From an uncultured Pseudomonadota bacterium (GTDB taxonomy: Bacteria; Myxococcota_A; Bradymonadia; Bradymonadales; GCA-2716585), in the NCBI GenBank assembly GCA_937890335.1, contig CALBXO010000369.1:1-45039 (forward strand): a DNA stretch of 45,039 nucleotides. Reading direction: 5' to 3'. Below the pieces are notes generated by a model, which worked only from the letters and a program-made list of their open reading frames with translations, did no database searches and was not told where the DNA came from. Shown here piece by piece: positions 17,443 through 28,800 of this stretch; positions within the stretch are counted from its first letter, which is position 1; each line of letters begins with the position of its first letter. Made by a program: the position numbers and the translations under genes.

Positions 17443-19568
17443 GGCTTTGCTGTCCGCGCCACGCGAAATCCAAGGTACGGCTTGCGGTAGTCCGGCAGGT
17501 TGTACTCGCGCTCGGCAGACCGAAGGTAGCGGCTTGGGCTCACGTAGCCGCCGCCCCGAAATCCGCGGTACGAGTCCTTGCTCGCGGGCCCCATGGGGTT
17601 GACCGTGTGGGCTGTGGGGTAGAGGGCGTACGCATCCCAGACCCACTCGTACGCGTTGCCGCTCATGTCGTAGATCCCCCAGGCGTTGGCTGCCTTCAGG
17701 CCCACACCGTGGAGCGTCTTGTCGCTGTTGCGGTTGTACCAGGCCACTGAGTCCGCCGGACCGTACATCGCGGTGCGCGTCCCGGCACGGGCGGCGCGCT
17801 CCCACTCGGCTTCCAACGGCAGGCGGTACCCCTCACAGGCCAGACCCGAGAATCCAACCTCCTTGCACTCCAGATCCACGCCCGGCGCGCCCTGGCATCC
17901 CTTCATCGAGTAACATTCGTCGAGCCCCTCTTTGGCGGACCGGGCGTTGCAGTACCACACCGCGTCAAACCAATTGACGTTCGTCGCCGGGCAATCCCCA
18001 CCGCACTCGACCTGCCTCCAGGGTACGGAATCCGCGTGCTCCGACCACTCAGACCGCGTGACCTCGGTCTTGGAGATGAAGTACGCGTTGGTCAGGGACA
18101 CGGGGTATTCGTACTCGTCCACAAAGCTTCGTCCCTGCTCGGATGGCGGGCTGCCCACAAGGAATCGGCCCGGTTGCACCAGGGCAAAGCCGTCGGGGGA
18201 GGGCACGATGACCTCCTCAAACTTCACGACGCTGGTGTCTCCCGTCGGCACGTCCGATGCGAAGGCGAAGTAGCGAAAACCCAATGTGGCCCCAATCAAC
18301 AGCACGAGCACCACGCTCAGGGCGATGGCAGGCGTGTGGCTGACCGGCCCGGACAACTTCGGCGGTGGGGCGGTCGCGCGCTCGTCAATCTGCTTGACCG
18401 CCGCGCTGGCCATGGAGCTTGCGCTCTCCTCGGGCGGTTTGCCTTCCAGCTCGTCCAGCGCCGCCGCGACATCCCCGGAGTCGATGTCGCGCGCCATGGC
18501 CTCCATGGAGTCCGGGGTGAAGAACCCCGCGGGCCCCGCAGTCGCCAGACTTGGCTCGGCCTCCATGGAGCCGAGGCTGCCCATGACGTTGTCGAGCGCC
18601 TCGTCGATCGACAGCTCCGCCGAGTCCATCTTCTCGGGTTTGTGGAGCGCTCCGACCGCGCCAGACTGGGACAGGCCTTCCGGCGCCTCTTCAACCTCGG
18701 GTTCTGGCGGAGGCGGCGCGCGGTGGACGTGAAACACCTCGGAGAGGTCGCCGGCCTTGAGCGCCTCGCGCAGCGCCCCCGCGTTGGCATAGCGCTCCGT
18801 GGTCTCGCGGGCCAGAGCCTTCCGGATCACCGCTCCGAGCGTGCCCTCGAGCAGCGCCTCGGGCACGTCGAGCTTGCCCGCGTAGTGCGCCATCATGCAC
18901 TGCTGGGGGTTCTCTGCGCCGACCACCGGCCGGCCAATGAGCGCCTCCACCAGGATCAGCCCCATCTGGTAGACGTCCGTCTGCGGCACGCGCACCTTGG
19001 CCTTGATGCACTCGGGCGCGATGTAGCGCATCGTCTGGAGGCCCGCCGCCTCGGGCTTGAAGGGGTCCAGCGCGTAGCCCGTGGCGCAGAGGCGCTCCTT
19101 GTCGCCCTCCACAGACACCAGCAGGTTCTCCGGCCTCAGGCCACCGTGCACCAGGTCCTGCCGGTGCAGCTGTGACACGGCCTCCAGCACCGGGCTGAGC
19201 AATTTGATGGCCAGCGCGGGGTGCAGCAGACCACCGTCGGCGATGTCCGTGGCCAGGCTGCGGCTGCCCAGGTAATCGCTGACGACAAACGGGTGTTCGC
19301 CGCCTTCGAGCAACCCAAAATCCAGGATCGGGACCAGGTTGGGATGGGGCATCTGCGCGATCTTATGCGCCGCCTGAAGCAGCGCCGAGCGCCCCGGCTT
19401 GTCGTCCGCCAGGCCTTGGAAGACCCGCACGGCCACCAGCCGCCCATCCTGCAGATTGCGGCCCTCGTACAGGCTGGAGGCAGAGCCTTCCGCCAGCACG
19501 CGATTGATCTCGTGCTGCGCACCGATTGCCGTACCGGCCCGGAGTGTGTTCTGGGAAGCGCCCCCCAT
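17439..19568 (-). CDS. Degenerate Ser/Thr kinase domain + TM + FGE/SUMF1-fold domain
   Basis: Kinase fold with VAVR/HGGLRPEN/ATGY and YIAPE; TM helix; SKTEVT, VNWFDA, YRLPLEAEWE, GIYDMSGNAYEWVWD, RGGG and LGFRV. Confidence 0.9.
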   Translation of the reverse strand: MGGASQNTLRAGTAIGAQHEINRVLAEGSASSLYEGRNLQDGRLVAVRVFQGLADDKPGRSALLQAAHKIAQMPHPNLVPILDFGLLEGGEHPFVVSDYLGSRSLATDIADGGLLHPALAIKLLSPVLEAVSQLHRQDLVHGGLRPENLLVSVEGDKERLCATGYALDPFKPEAAGLQTMRYIAPECIKAKVRVPQTDVYQMGLILVEALIGRPVVGAENPQQCMMAHYAGKLDVPEALLEGTLGAVIRKALARETTERYANAGALREALKAGDLSEVFHVHRAPPPPEPEVEEAPEGLSQSGAVGALHKPEKMDSAELSIDEALDNVMGSLGSMEAEPSLATAGPAGFFTPDSMEAMARDIDSGDVAAALDELEGKPPEESASSMASAAVKQIDERATAPPPKLSGPVSHTPAIALSVVLVLLIGATLGFRYFAFASDVPTGDTSVVKFEEVIVPSPDGFALVQPGRFLVGSPPSEQGRSFVDEYEYPVSLTNAYFISKTEVTRSEWSEHADSVPWRQVECGGDCPATNVNWFDAVWYCNARSAKEGLDECYSMKGCQGAPGVDLECKEVGFSGLACEGYRLPLEAEWERAARAGTRTAMYGPADSVAWYNRNSDKTLHGVGLKAANAWGIYDMSGNAYEWVWDAYALYPTAHTVNPMGPASKDSYRGFRGGGYVSPSRYLRSAEREYNLPDYRKPYLGFRVARTAKP

Positions 19569-19607
19569 ACCCCTACCTTCCTACGGGATGGACCGAATTC
19601 CAATAGA

Positions 19608-21029
19608 TCAAAACGGTCCGGGGACCCAGCAAGCGTGGAAGCCCGGCGGGACCCGAACGGGTAGCTCCACCGTCGCGACCGGTCCGGCGGAGACGTCCCG
19701 CGCGTCCAGTACCACGAAATCGCTGCGCCCCGCCCGGCGGTCGTGGACGAAGGTCATCAGCCAGCCGTCGTCCTCGGACTCCCCGGTGTCGCGCGGCGCA
19801 AAGACAACCTCACCTCCAAACCGATGGGCCCCGTAATCGTACGCCTCCGACGTCCCAGACTGCGTGTCGTATTTGATCACTCCGTCAAACATCAGCTGCG
19901 GCTCCGACGCGATCCGTGGGTTGTAGCTGTACCGCGTCGGGACGCCGAGCAGGTCGTCGTTCATGCGCGGAAACTCCGACGGCCGATCGTCGAGGCGCTC
20001 CTCTTTGACATCGCCAGTGACGAGGTTGAACCGCCACTTGTGCAAGAATGGTTGCAGCTGAAGGAAGTACAGCCGCGGGACCTCTCCGGCCCAATCGCCC
20101 GTGGGCATGGGGTTGTCCACGCGGCATGCGATCAGCACCACCTCATCGCCTTCCTCCCACGCGTTGATCGTGTGGTAGATGTAGCAGGGTGGGCACTCGA
20201 ACCAGCGCACATCCGTCCCGTCACTGTCGCGGGGCATGATACCAAACCGAGACGGCGTCGTGTCGTCAAAGGCGATCTTGCGCTTGCCCTTGCGCATCGC
20301 CTGCGGGTCCCAACCCAGCGGCAGGTCCAGCAAGATCGTGTGATTCTGCGTGATCGCCAGGTCGTGCAGGATGCGCGGAGCAGGAATCTCGATGGGCACC
20401 ACCGAGATCAGCTCCCCCTTCGCGGACACACGCCCGTACTGCAGAAACGGCGGCTTGAAGAAGCTGAAGTCCATGAAGACCATCTCGCCCGTGCGAGGAT
20501 CCACCTTTGGATGGGCGGACATGCCGCAGTCCAGACGCCGCCCAAACTCCGCAACGCCGACCGTGTCCAGCTCCGGCACGCTGATCTCGTACGGGTCCCC
20601 GCCCAGCCACCACAGCGAGAGCAACTTGCCGGCGTGGTAGACGAGGTCCGTGTTGGACGTGTTCTTGATGGGGCCGCCGGGAAGGTCCATGCGCACGGGG
20701 TCCAGAATGCCGGGCCACTGCGCAGCCCCGACACCACCCTCGTGCTCGAACGACCGGGTACGGACCCATTTGTTGCGGTACGTGGCCTTGCCGTTCTCCA
20801 CGTGCAAGCCGTGGATCATCCCGTCACCGTCAAACCAATGGTACCGACCGAGCGGCTCAAACTGCGGGTTGGGGCTGTTGCGGCAGAACATGCCCGTCAG
20901 CTCGCGCGGCAGCTCACCGTGGACGGTCAGGTTCTCCGCGACGACTTCCTCATGAACCGGTGCGAACTGGTCCGAGAGATAGCCACGATCAAATGTGTCC
21001 AGGAGGGCCTGAACCTGGTCTTGTTGCAC
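19608..21029 (-). CDS. Carotenoid/lignostilbene cleavage dioxygenase family (RPE65 fold)
   Basis: RNSPNP, HWFDGDGMIH; four iron-ligand His in SAHPK, LHDLAIT, YHTINAWE and GFHACW; GGAG RBS before GTG. Confidence 0.95.
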   Translation of the reverse strand: MQQDQVQALLDTFDRGYLSDQFAPVHEEVVAENLTVHGELPRELTGMFCRNSPNPQFEPLGRYHWFDGDGMIHGLHVENGKATYRNKWVRTRSFEHEGGVGAAQWPGILDPVRMDLPGGPIKNTSNTDLVYHAGKLLSLWWLGGDPYEISVPELDTVGVAEFGRRLDCGMSAHPKVDPRTGEMVFMDFSFFKPPFLQYGRVSAKGELISVVPIEIPAPRILHDLAITQNHTILLDLPLGWDPQAMRKGKRKIAFDDTTPSRFGIMPRDSDGTDVRWFECPPCYIYHTINAWEEGDEVVLIACRVDNPMPTGDWAGEVPRLYFLQLQPFLHKWRFNLVTGDVKEERLDDRPSEFPRMNDDLLGVPTRYSYNPRIASEPQLMFDGVIKYDTQSGTSEAYDYGAHRFGGEVVFAPRDTGESEDDGWLMTFVHDRRAGRSDFVVLDARDVSAGPVATVELPVRVPPGFHACWVPGPF

Positions 21030-21080
21030 GTACGAACTCCGCTTGGCACGAGGGCGCCGCGGATGCTACCACAGCCCCCT

Positions 21081-21617
21081 ATGGCCCGCATCCCCTATCC
21101 CCCCACCCCGCCCGAGGACAGCGCTGCGCTGCTCCGGAAGCTGCCAGACCTGAACATCTTCAAGATGCTGTCCTGGTCACCGCCCGCTCTCGACGGGTTT
21201 GTCCGGATGGGCAGCGGGCTGCTCTACAAGGGCTGCCTCGACCCGGTCCTGCGCGAGATCGTGATTGTTCGTGTCGGCCATCTCTGTGGGTCCGAGTACG
21301 AAGTTCGGCAACATGAACACACCCTCCGGGCACTGGGCGCTCATCCCGACGTCGTCGCGGCGATCCCCGCCGGGGCCGACGCCGTGACAAGCGCAGACGA
21401 CTCGCTGCACGCCGCGACCGGGCGAGCCTTGGAGCTGGCAGACCTCATGGTCAGCGGACAGGAGTGCGCCGAGGTCGCCCAGGCGCTGCGCGACGCGCTC
21501 GACGAGCGTGCCCTGGTCGAACTTACGGTGACCATCGGCTACTACTTGATGGTCAGCCGCGTCCTGACCACGCTGGACGTAGACATCGAGGACGAAGATG
21601 CCTTCCTCAACCTGTAG
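21081..21617 (+). CDS. Carboxymuconolactone decarboxylase/AhpD-like family protein
   Basis: MARIPY, LNIFKML, LREIVIVRVGHLCGSEYEVRQH and LVELTVTIGYYLMVSRVL are typical of the family. Confidence 0.85.
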   Translation: MARIPYPPTPPEDSAALLRKLPDLNIFKMLSWSPPALDGFVRMGSGLLYKGCLDPVLREIVIVRVGHLCGSEYEVRQHEHTLRALGAHPDVVAAIPAGADAVTSADDSLHAATGRALELADLMVSGQECAEVAQALRDALDERALVELTVTIGYYLMVSRVLTTLDVDIEDEDAFLNL

Positions 21618-21969
21618 ACTGGCCCTGTGCCTCCTGATCCTCACGCTGACCGCCTGCGGCGACGAGGGGGCCACCGGACCCGCCGCTGTGGGCCCCTGTG
21701 GTACTGCCGAGGCGTCCGCGTCCGTGCGCGGGCAAGTGGCCGTCCCGGCGTGCAACGAGACCCTCGTCGGCGCAGAAGTCGAACTCTACGACGAGCTCCT
21801 CCTGGGCAAACTGAGCACCGGCACCACCAACGCAGACGGTGAGTTCTCTCTGCCATTGCCGGCGGATGGTCGCTACATCCTCCTGGCCGGCAAAGGCCCC
21901 TACAAAGGCCGATCCGACGTGTTTGCCGTCGCTGGAACCTGTCCCTACCAGGTCATTGTGGTCCAATGA
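21598..21969 (+). CDS. Small lipoprotein with carboxypeptidase-regulatory-like domain
   Basis: Lipobox LTLTAC; VRGQV...LVGAEVEL...TTNADGEFSL..GRYILLA. Confidence 0.7.
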   Translation: MPSSTCRLALCLLILTLTACGDEGATGPAAVGPCGTAEASASVRGQVAVPACNETLVGAEVELYDELLLGKLSTGTTNADGEFSLPLPADGRYILLAGKGPYKGRSDVFAVAGTCPYQVIVVQ

Positions 21970-22700
21970 CCGACGAAAAGCAGGCGGGGACCGCAGCGCC
22001 CGCGAAGCACACGGACTCTCCCGCCGACACCGAAGCTCGGTCCCCCTGGCGTGTCGGCGCGCTCATCGCCGCTGGCGCCGTCGCCACCGTCACGATGGTC
22101 ATCGGGCTCGGGTCCGCGGGACTGGAGGGCGGCCACGAGTACACCGACCAATGGCTTTATTGCGCGGGCGCGCGCGCGCATGAGCGCTCGCCAACAGTGT
22201 GGATCGAGCCCGACGTGGGCGAGAGCGGCCTCGCGACGGAGGCGCTGTACCGCGAGGTCTCCAAAACGCACAGGGTCTGCACCCGCGACCGGCGCGGGCT
22301 CGGACGGGCCGCTCCGCGCACCGCCGGCACACCAACCGCCGAGGTGCTCGCCAAGGAGCTCCAGTCCTTGCACAGCCTGGCCGGCGAGGACGGGCCATTC
22401 GTGTTTGTTGGGCTCGGTGCGGGCGCTCTGACCCTCAGGGCGTACGCCGCCGACCACCCCGCCGCGGTCCTGCACACCATCGAAGTGGACCCTCCACAGG
22501 GCCAGATCCCCTTCCACCCCGATCGCGCGGAGTTCCTCGCCGGCTTGCCACCGGACATCCGCAGGGAGTTCGATGCCCTGGCGACCACGCTGGAGTCGCC
22601 GCCTCCCGCCGCGCCCTCCACCGTCGCCGCAACCGCGGACAAGCTCAGCAAGACGCCGGAGGCGCTCGTCACCCTGATCCAACAGGCCGCCGGCCAGTAA
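21966..22700 (+). CDS. Membrane-anchored alpha/beta-hydrolase-fold protein, catalytically degenerate
   Basis: TM helix; PTVWIE..GES..RVCTRDRRGLGRA; GPFVFVGLGAG at the GxSxG position; ATGA overlap. Confidence 0.7.
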   Translation: MTDEKQAGTAAPAKHTDSPADTEARSPWRVGALIAAGAVATVTMVIGLGSAGLEGGHEYTDQWLYCAGARAHERSPTVWIEPDVGESGLATEALYREVSKTHRVCTRDRRGLGRAAPRTAGTPTAEVLAKELQSLHSLAGEDGPFVFVGLGAGALTLRAYAADHPAAVLHTIEVDPPQGQIPFHPDRAEFLAGLPPDIRREFDALATTLESPPPAAPSTVAATADKLSKTPEALVTLIQQAAGQ

Positions 22701-22815
22701 CCGGACCCAACTTGTGGCTTGCTCGCGATAAATCCCTTTGTGGACCCTTGCGATCCGCGGTGGTGGGGGCCATGTTTGGCCAGTACGGTTTTTTGGGCTC
22801 TGCTGTTGTTGCGGG

Positions 22816-25800
22816 ATGTCTCGAGACAAATCGGAAAAGAACGCCAGCGCTGAGGCCGCAGACGGTCCGGCGTCATTCGGTGCCACCCCAGGGCCGCGCG
22901 CGGGCTTCGCCGCCGCGCAACGAAACCAACTTCTCCCCGTTCAGATGAAGGCCGCAGGCCCGTCGCCCACGTCCGAGGCCCACACGGCCGCGACGCAGGG
23001 CGTATCGGGCGCGCCAGCTGCGCTGCCGCACGGCGAGCAGATCCAGCAAGCCTTTGGACACCACGACGTCTCGGGTGTCGGCGCACACACCGACGGCGCC
23101 GCCGCAGACGCCAACGACGAGCTCGGTTCCCACGGCTACGCCATGGGCGAGAGCGTGGCCTTCGCCCAATCCCAGCCCGACCTTCACACCGCCGCCCACG
23201 AGGCGGCCCACGTCGTTCAACAGCGCGGCGGCGTTGCCCTCAAAGGCGGCGTCTCGGAGCCGGGGGACCCCTACGAGGACCACGCCGACGCCGTCGCCGA
23301 CGCCGTCGTGGCTGGAGAGAGCGCCGAGGGACTCCTCGACACCATGGCCCCCGCGGGCGCCGCCTCGGCGAGCCCCGGCAACGTCCAGCAGGACCCCAAG
23401 GGCGGGACCGACAAGCTGCCGGCCAAAAAGAGCGTCACCTGGGCCGGCGACACGTTCGACGTAACCTTCTCCACCAAAGGCTCCGGCAGCTGGGACCGCA
23501 AGGTCGTCTTCACTGTCGTCTACACCGGCAAACACCTCGTCCAGTTTGAGTCCGACAAAGAGAAAAAACTCGAGACGGACATCGGCTCAAAGGCGCTCGA
23601 CGCCAAGGCCACCGTCGGCGAGAACGCCATCTCACTGGACCTCTATGGCGACGGCAGCCGCATCGTCACTCTGTCCGACAAGGGCGGCCCATACGAGTAC
23701 GACAAGAACAAGAACGCCCACCACCTGAAGCTCACAAAGGACGGCAAGTTCGCCATGTCGGCGTCGACGCTGTTCATCATCAAAGAGCTGACCCCGGCCA
23801 AGAACGACGACAAACCCGCGGTAGACAGCACCCAGCCCAAGCAAGACACCGGACCCGAGGTCGAGGCGTCCTCCCATCTCAAACTCACGGTGGGCCGCAC
23901 ACCGTTTGAGGTCTGGTGGGAGAAGCACCGCGTCGGCCTGCTGTTCCACGTCAAATACGTCGGCCCCAACTGGTGCCCCGTCGCGGACCAGAAACTCCTC
24001 GTCGGGCGCGACGCGCCAGCGGGGGACCCAAAGCTTTCGCTGCTGAGCAACACCGGCGGTCTCGCGCACTTCGACCTGGACGGCGATGGCGTCGCCGACT
24101 ACTCGCTCAAGCAGGCGGTCAAGCACGAGGAGGCCAAGGACACCTCCAAACACCCCGAGCGAAGCTTCCGATTCGACCTGCTCGACAAGAGCGGCAAGAT
24201 GGTCAATTGGACCGCCCACCTCGTGCGCGGTCCCATTGAGGCGGAGGAAGGAAAGGGCCAGGGCGTCAACTTGCCGGCCCCGACACCGCTCGACCTGACC
24301 TTCAACGGCGACCCTTTCAAACTGCGCGCCCGCCGGATCGGCGACACCAACGACGTCATGGTGGACTTTGAGTACACCGGCAAGGAGCAGATCAACCGCA
24401 AGAAGAGCAGCCTGCGGGTGCTGCGCGAGGACAAGCTCACCTCCCTCACGCTGAAATCTCTCGTCAACAATGGCCGCGACCTCCAGCTCGATCTCAGCGG
24501 TGACGGGAAGGCCGACCTCATCATGGTCCACACCGTGGACGGAAACACCTCCGGTGACGGCCGAAACCAGGTCCGCCAGCATCACTTCCGGCAGTTCGAC
24601 AAGGACCAGCAGTTCAAAGCGCAGCTCGACTTCTGGGTGACGGGCAAAGCCCAGGTCATCCCCGACAACCAGGACGAGAAGAAGGCGGCGCCGGATACGA
24701 ACGCGGAGTTCCCCACGACCGCGCCGCCGACGCAGGGCAACAACCCCGGCGAGCGGCCGCGCAACTACCTCAAGAGCGGCGGCCTTACCGAGATTCGGCT
24801 CGACGGAGACGGAGACCAGTCCAAGGATCTCGTGGTCCGGGTCAAAAAGCTCGAGGCTCACGAAGGCGGCAGCGCCAAGCGGGCGAAAGTCCAGATCATC
24901 CAACTGCTCACCGGAGAGGTGCGCGAAACCGAGTTTGACCTACCCAAGCACGACTTTGGCGGGGAGTGGCTCCCGATGACGTCGGAGGTGACCGACGGCT
25001 TTGGCCCCAACGTCATCGACCTGAGCCGCAAGGACAAGCTCAAGATCTACCCGGCGTCTCGGCAGCAGAGTGGGGTCCACTACAAGCTGGAGGCGGCGGG
25101 CACGGCCAAGACCCTGACGTTCCCACCCAACACCAACCCGCTGAGCACCGTCGCGTCCACCACCAAGGAGCAATCGGCCGGTGGCATTCACGCCGTGGAT
25201 CTCAAACTCGGGGCGTTCAACGACAAGTTCCGCGTGACGCTCGACAAGAGCTCCGGCGTGGCAAAACTCGGCATCAGCGCCCTCAACGGCGACAACACCG
25301 GCGCCCCCTACACCCTCCCGCTCAAGTCGGGCTGGGGCACGCGGCTCAAAGCGCTCAAGACCGAGGGACTGCACGTCGCGCTCGACCTCAACGGCGACGA
25401 CAAGGCCGACCTCGAGATCTACGACCAGATGCAGGAGCCGGCCAGCCACGACGGCGGCGGTGACGCGTCCCGGAAGCGCAACCACCGCCTGCGCGTCCGC
25501 GGCGCCGCGGTCACGGCGGAGAAGCAGCTCTTCTTCCAGGTCAACCACGGCCACCTCACCGGCGCCGCAGGGGGCAAGGTCGGCAGCGACCAGCAGGTGG
25601 TCGACTCCGCGTCCAAAGCCGTGGACAGCCTCAGCGAACAGAAGCGGCTCGGCAGCTTCGCCGAGCAGCTCGCCGCCTACGAGGGCGCGCTGTTCAAGGA
25701 ACGCAAGGCCGCGCTGGACAAGGGGTACATCAGCCAGACCGTCTACGACGCGTGGGGCGCGCTGAGCATGGACATGGTCATGCTCCGGCCGCAGGTCAAC

Positions 25801-28800
25801 GCCGGCAAGGTCGACCCCAAGCTCAAAACCGAGGCAGCCGCCCACGCCAAGGCCTTCTACGACGCGCTCGCGAATGACACCAAAGGCGAGTGGGTCCGGC
25901 GCAACGGTGGACCCGGCGGCCAGAGCCACAACAACCGGTTCACCGGAGACAAGACCATCGGCGCGGGCAAGTCACCGCGGCCCGGCGCCGGCAGCAAGCT
26001 GAGCGCCACCATCTCCGGCGGCAATTGGACCCAGGCCTACAACGACTACCAGGGACTCGTCAGCGGACTGGACGCCTACATCGTCGCGCAGCTCGAGCGC
26101 AAAGAAGGCAAGAACGACAAGGACACCCAGCGCGCCGGCTACATCGGCGCCATGAAGCGCGAGCTCGGCGGCATCCAGAAGCACCGCCCCCAGAAGGTCC
26201 ACGCGGTCTTCCATCCGGACGCAAAGTACGCCGAGACCGGGCGCATCGGCGAGGTCCCGCTCCAACTGTACGTCTGGCACGACGGGTCCGAGTGGCACCT
26301 CAAGGATCTGACCAACCCGGACAACACGTTCGAAGACACCATCGCCAGCTCCAACACCCGCGAGCCGCCGGCGGAGCTGTTCAAGGAGCTGGACTACAAG
26401 AGCCATTTCCCCAAGGGGATCATCCGCTACGAGACGCCCAACGGAACCGGTGGGATGCTGCGCACGACGGAGCGCAAGACCCTCTCGGACTGGCTCACCT
26501 ACATCGGCCTGGGCGTCGCGGCCATCGGCCTCGGGCTCGCCACATTCGGCACTGGCACCGTCGCCGTCGCGGGGGCGTGGGTGCTCGCGGGCGCCGGCGT
26601 CATCAACGCTGCAGCGGCGGGCGCGAGCCTCTACGAGAAGGCCCAGCACGGCAACCTGACCGCCGCATCGGCGGCCCTGGACATCGCCCAGATTGTCGCC
26701 TCCCTGGCCGGCGTAGGAGCGATCACGAGCGGGCGCATCGTCGTCCAGGCCGCTGGCGCGGCCGCCAAGGGAAGTCCGTGGGCCGGAAACCTCGCTCGCC
26801 TCGCCGGGTTTGCGCAGAAGGCCTACGTTCCGTTGACCGCCACGGCCATCGGCGCCGACGGCATCACCGTCGCCATCATGGGCGCCCACACCCTCAAGCA
26901 GCTCGAACAGATTGAGAACGGCTCCGGAAGCCGCCGCGACAAGGACCGCGCCAAGGCTTTGCTGCTGGCCAACCTCGCCGTCGCCGGCGGCCTGCTCGCC
27001 CTGTCCATCAAGGGTGACCTTCCCAACCTCAAGGGCGGCCCGGACATCCACGTCGACCTCGTGGACGGCGTGCCCGTGGCGCGGCTCACCGCCGCCGGCG
27101 GGCCGCTTCCCAACGGCGGTCCCGCGCCGAAGGCCTGGGTCAAACTCGCGCCCAACATCGAGGTGCCGGCCGGCTCAAACGCACGCCTGGCAAGCACCAA
27201 GAAGCTCAAGTTCAGCCAGGAGAACGTCTCCCCGGTGACCGGGGACAAATCGCTGACGCTCGAGGAGCTCACCGAGATCATGAAGACCAGCGGCTGGCGC
27301 GGAAACCCGCTTCAGGCCGTAGAGATGCCGGATGGCACGCTGGTCAGTCTGGACAACCGCCGTCTGCTCGCCGCCCAGAATGCCGGGCTGGAAAACGTGC
27401 CCATCGCCACCCACAAGGGCAGCGAACCGTTCCCGAGAGACTGGGCCGAGAAGCAGTTCAAGCTCGGAACAGGCATCCGGCGTCTGGACAGTGGCGAGCT
27501 CGTCGTTGGCGGCAACAAGGGGGAGGTCGTGTTGGCCAAGGGCCACATCGCGACCACCTATGAAGAGGCAGTGCTGATCCGGTCCGCCAACCAGGGCAAG
27601 ATCAAGACCGGGCCCGACGCAGGCACAAAGTTCCCTCTGGGTGGCTCCCACGCGCAGCCACGCGTCAAACCCCCCGCGCCTGGCCCGACCCGACAAGGGC
27701 AAGCCTCCAGGACTGCCGGCGCGGTGGAGGAGGCGCGCGGCGCCAATGGCGGCAAACTGCCAGACGAGGCTGTGCAGGCCATCATGAAGGGCCTGCCCGA
27801 CGCCAACATCGACCCGGGCGATCCCCTCGGCGGCATCGCCCGCTACCTGGCAGGCGAGCTCAAGGTGCCCGCCGGCGAGATCAAGGTCACCCTGCTGGGC
27901 GGGGGCTACTCCGGGGCGGGCGTCTACAGCGTCAAGCACAAGGACAAGGTCATTGGCATCTTCAAGGTCTTCCGGGACCAGGCGGAGATGCTGCGCGAGG
28001 TAGCCGCGCTCAAGCGCATCGCTGACCTGGACCTGCAAACCCTGAAGCCGGTAGCGCTCGGAAGCCTGGGCAACACCGGAGGCGGCCGCGGCGTCGGACT
28101 CATGGAGCCGGCCAAGGGCGACTTTGTCGTAGATACGATGAAGAAGGTCACCGGCCTCGAGGGCGCAGCCCGCGCCGAGGTTCTCGTCAAACTGCAAGCG
28201 GACGTGGGCGCGGTGGGCAAAGGGCTCGGCGAGCTGGCCGAGGCGAGCAAGGGCAAGGGCAACGTCAGCGGCGCGCAAAAGGCCACCGAGATCGGCTTCT
28301 TCGAGAAGCGCTGGCAGAGCATCATGTCCACGGCCAAGCCGGACGGCCGCCCGGCCATCTCCCCGCGCGAACAGGCCCAGCTGCGCGCCAAACTCGACGA
28401 CGCACTGCGCGACTTCAAGAACGCCGACGTCCCCACGGCCATCGCCCACGGCGACGCCCACGGCGGGAACTTCTCGGTCGACAAGAAGGGCGGCGTCCAC
28501 ACGATCGACGTGGAGACGCTCTTCCGGTCCGTGGGGGCCGACGGCAAACCGGTGGCCAACATGGCCACCGATGTCGGACGCTTCAACGAATGGATCGCAA
28601 TCACCGGTCTCCAGCAGGGAATGAGCCCCTCGGAAATCAAGAAGCTCCAGGACACGTTCCTTGATGGGTACTTGAAGGCCTCGGGGGCGGCGCGAGGCAC
28701 CGGTGACGCTCTCACACGGGCGCGAAAGTTCTACGAGCTCAACTTTGCGTCCGTACAGCTCCAGACCGACATGACCGACAGCGCCGGAAAACTCATTACG

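Noticed and set aside
17439-17560. Diversity-generating retroelement target (FGE-type C-lectin fold C-terminus)
   Set aside because: No reverse transcriptase and no template-repeat copy were seen in the window.
16315-18200. Ergothioneine egtB/egtE pair (FGE domain next to a class-V PLP enzyme)
   Set aside because: The FGE domain has no DinB-like HxxxH metal domain, sits behind a TM helix on a pseudokinase, and no egtD is present.
21043-21058. Sigma54 promoter TTGGCACG before the AhpD-like gene
   Set aside because: The GC lies 9 rather than 10 nt after GG and the -12 element does not match.
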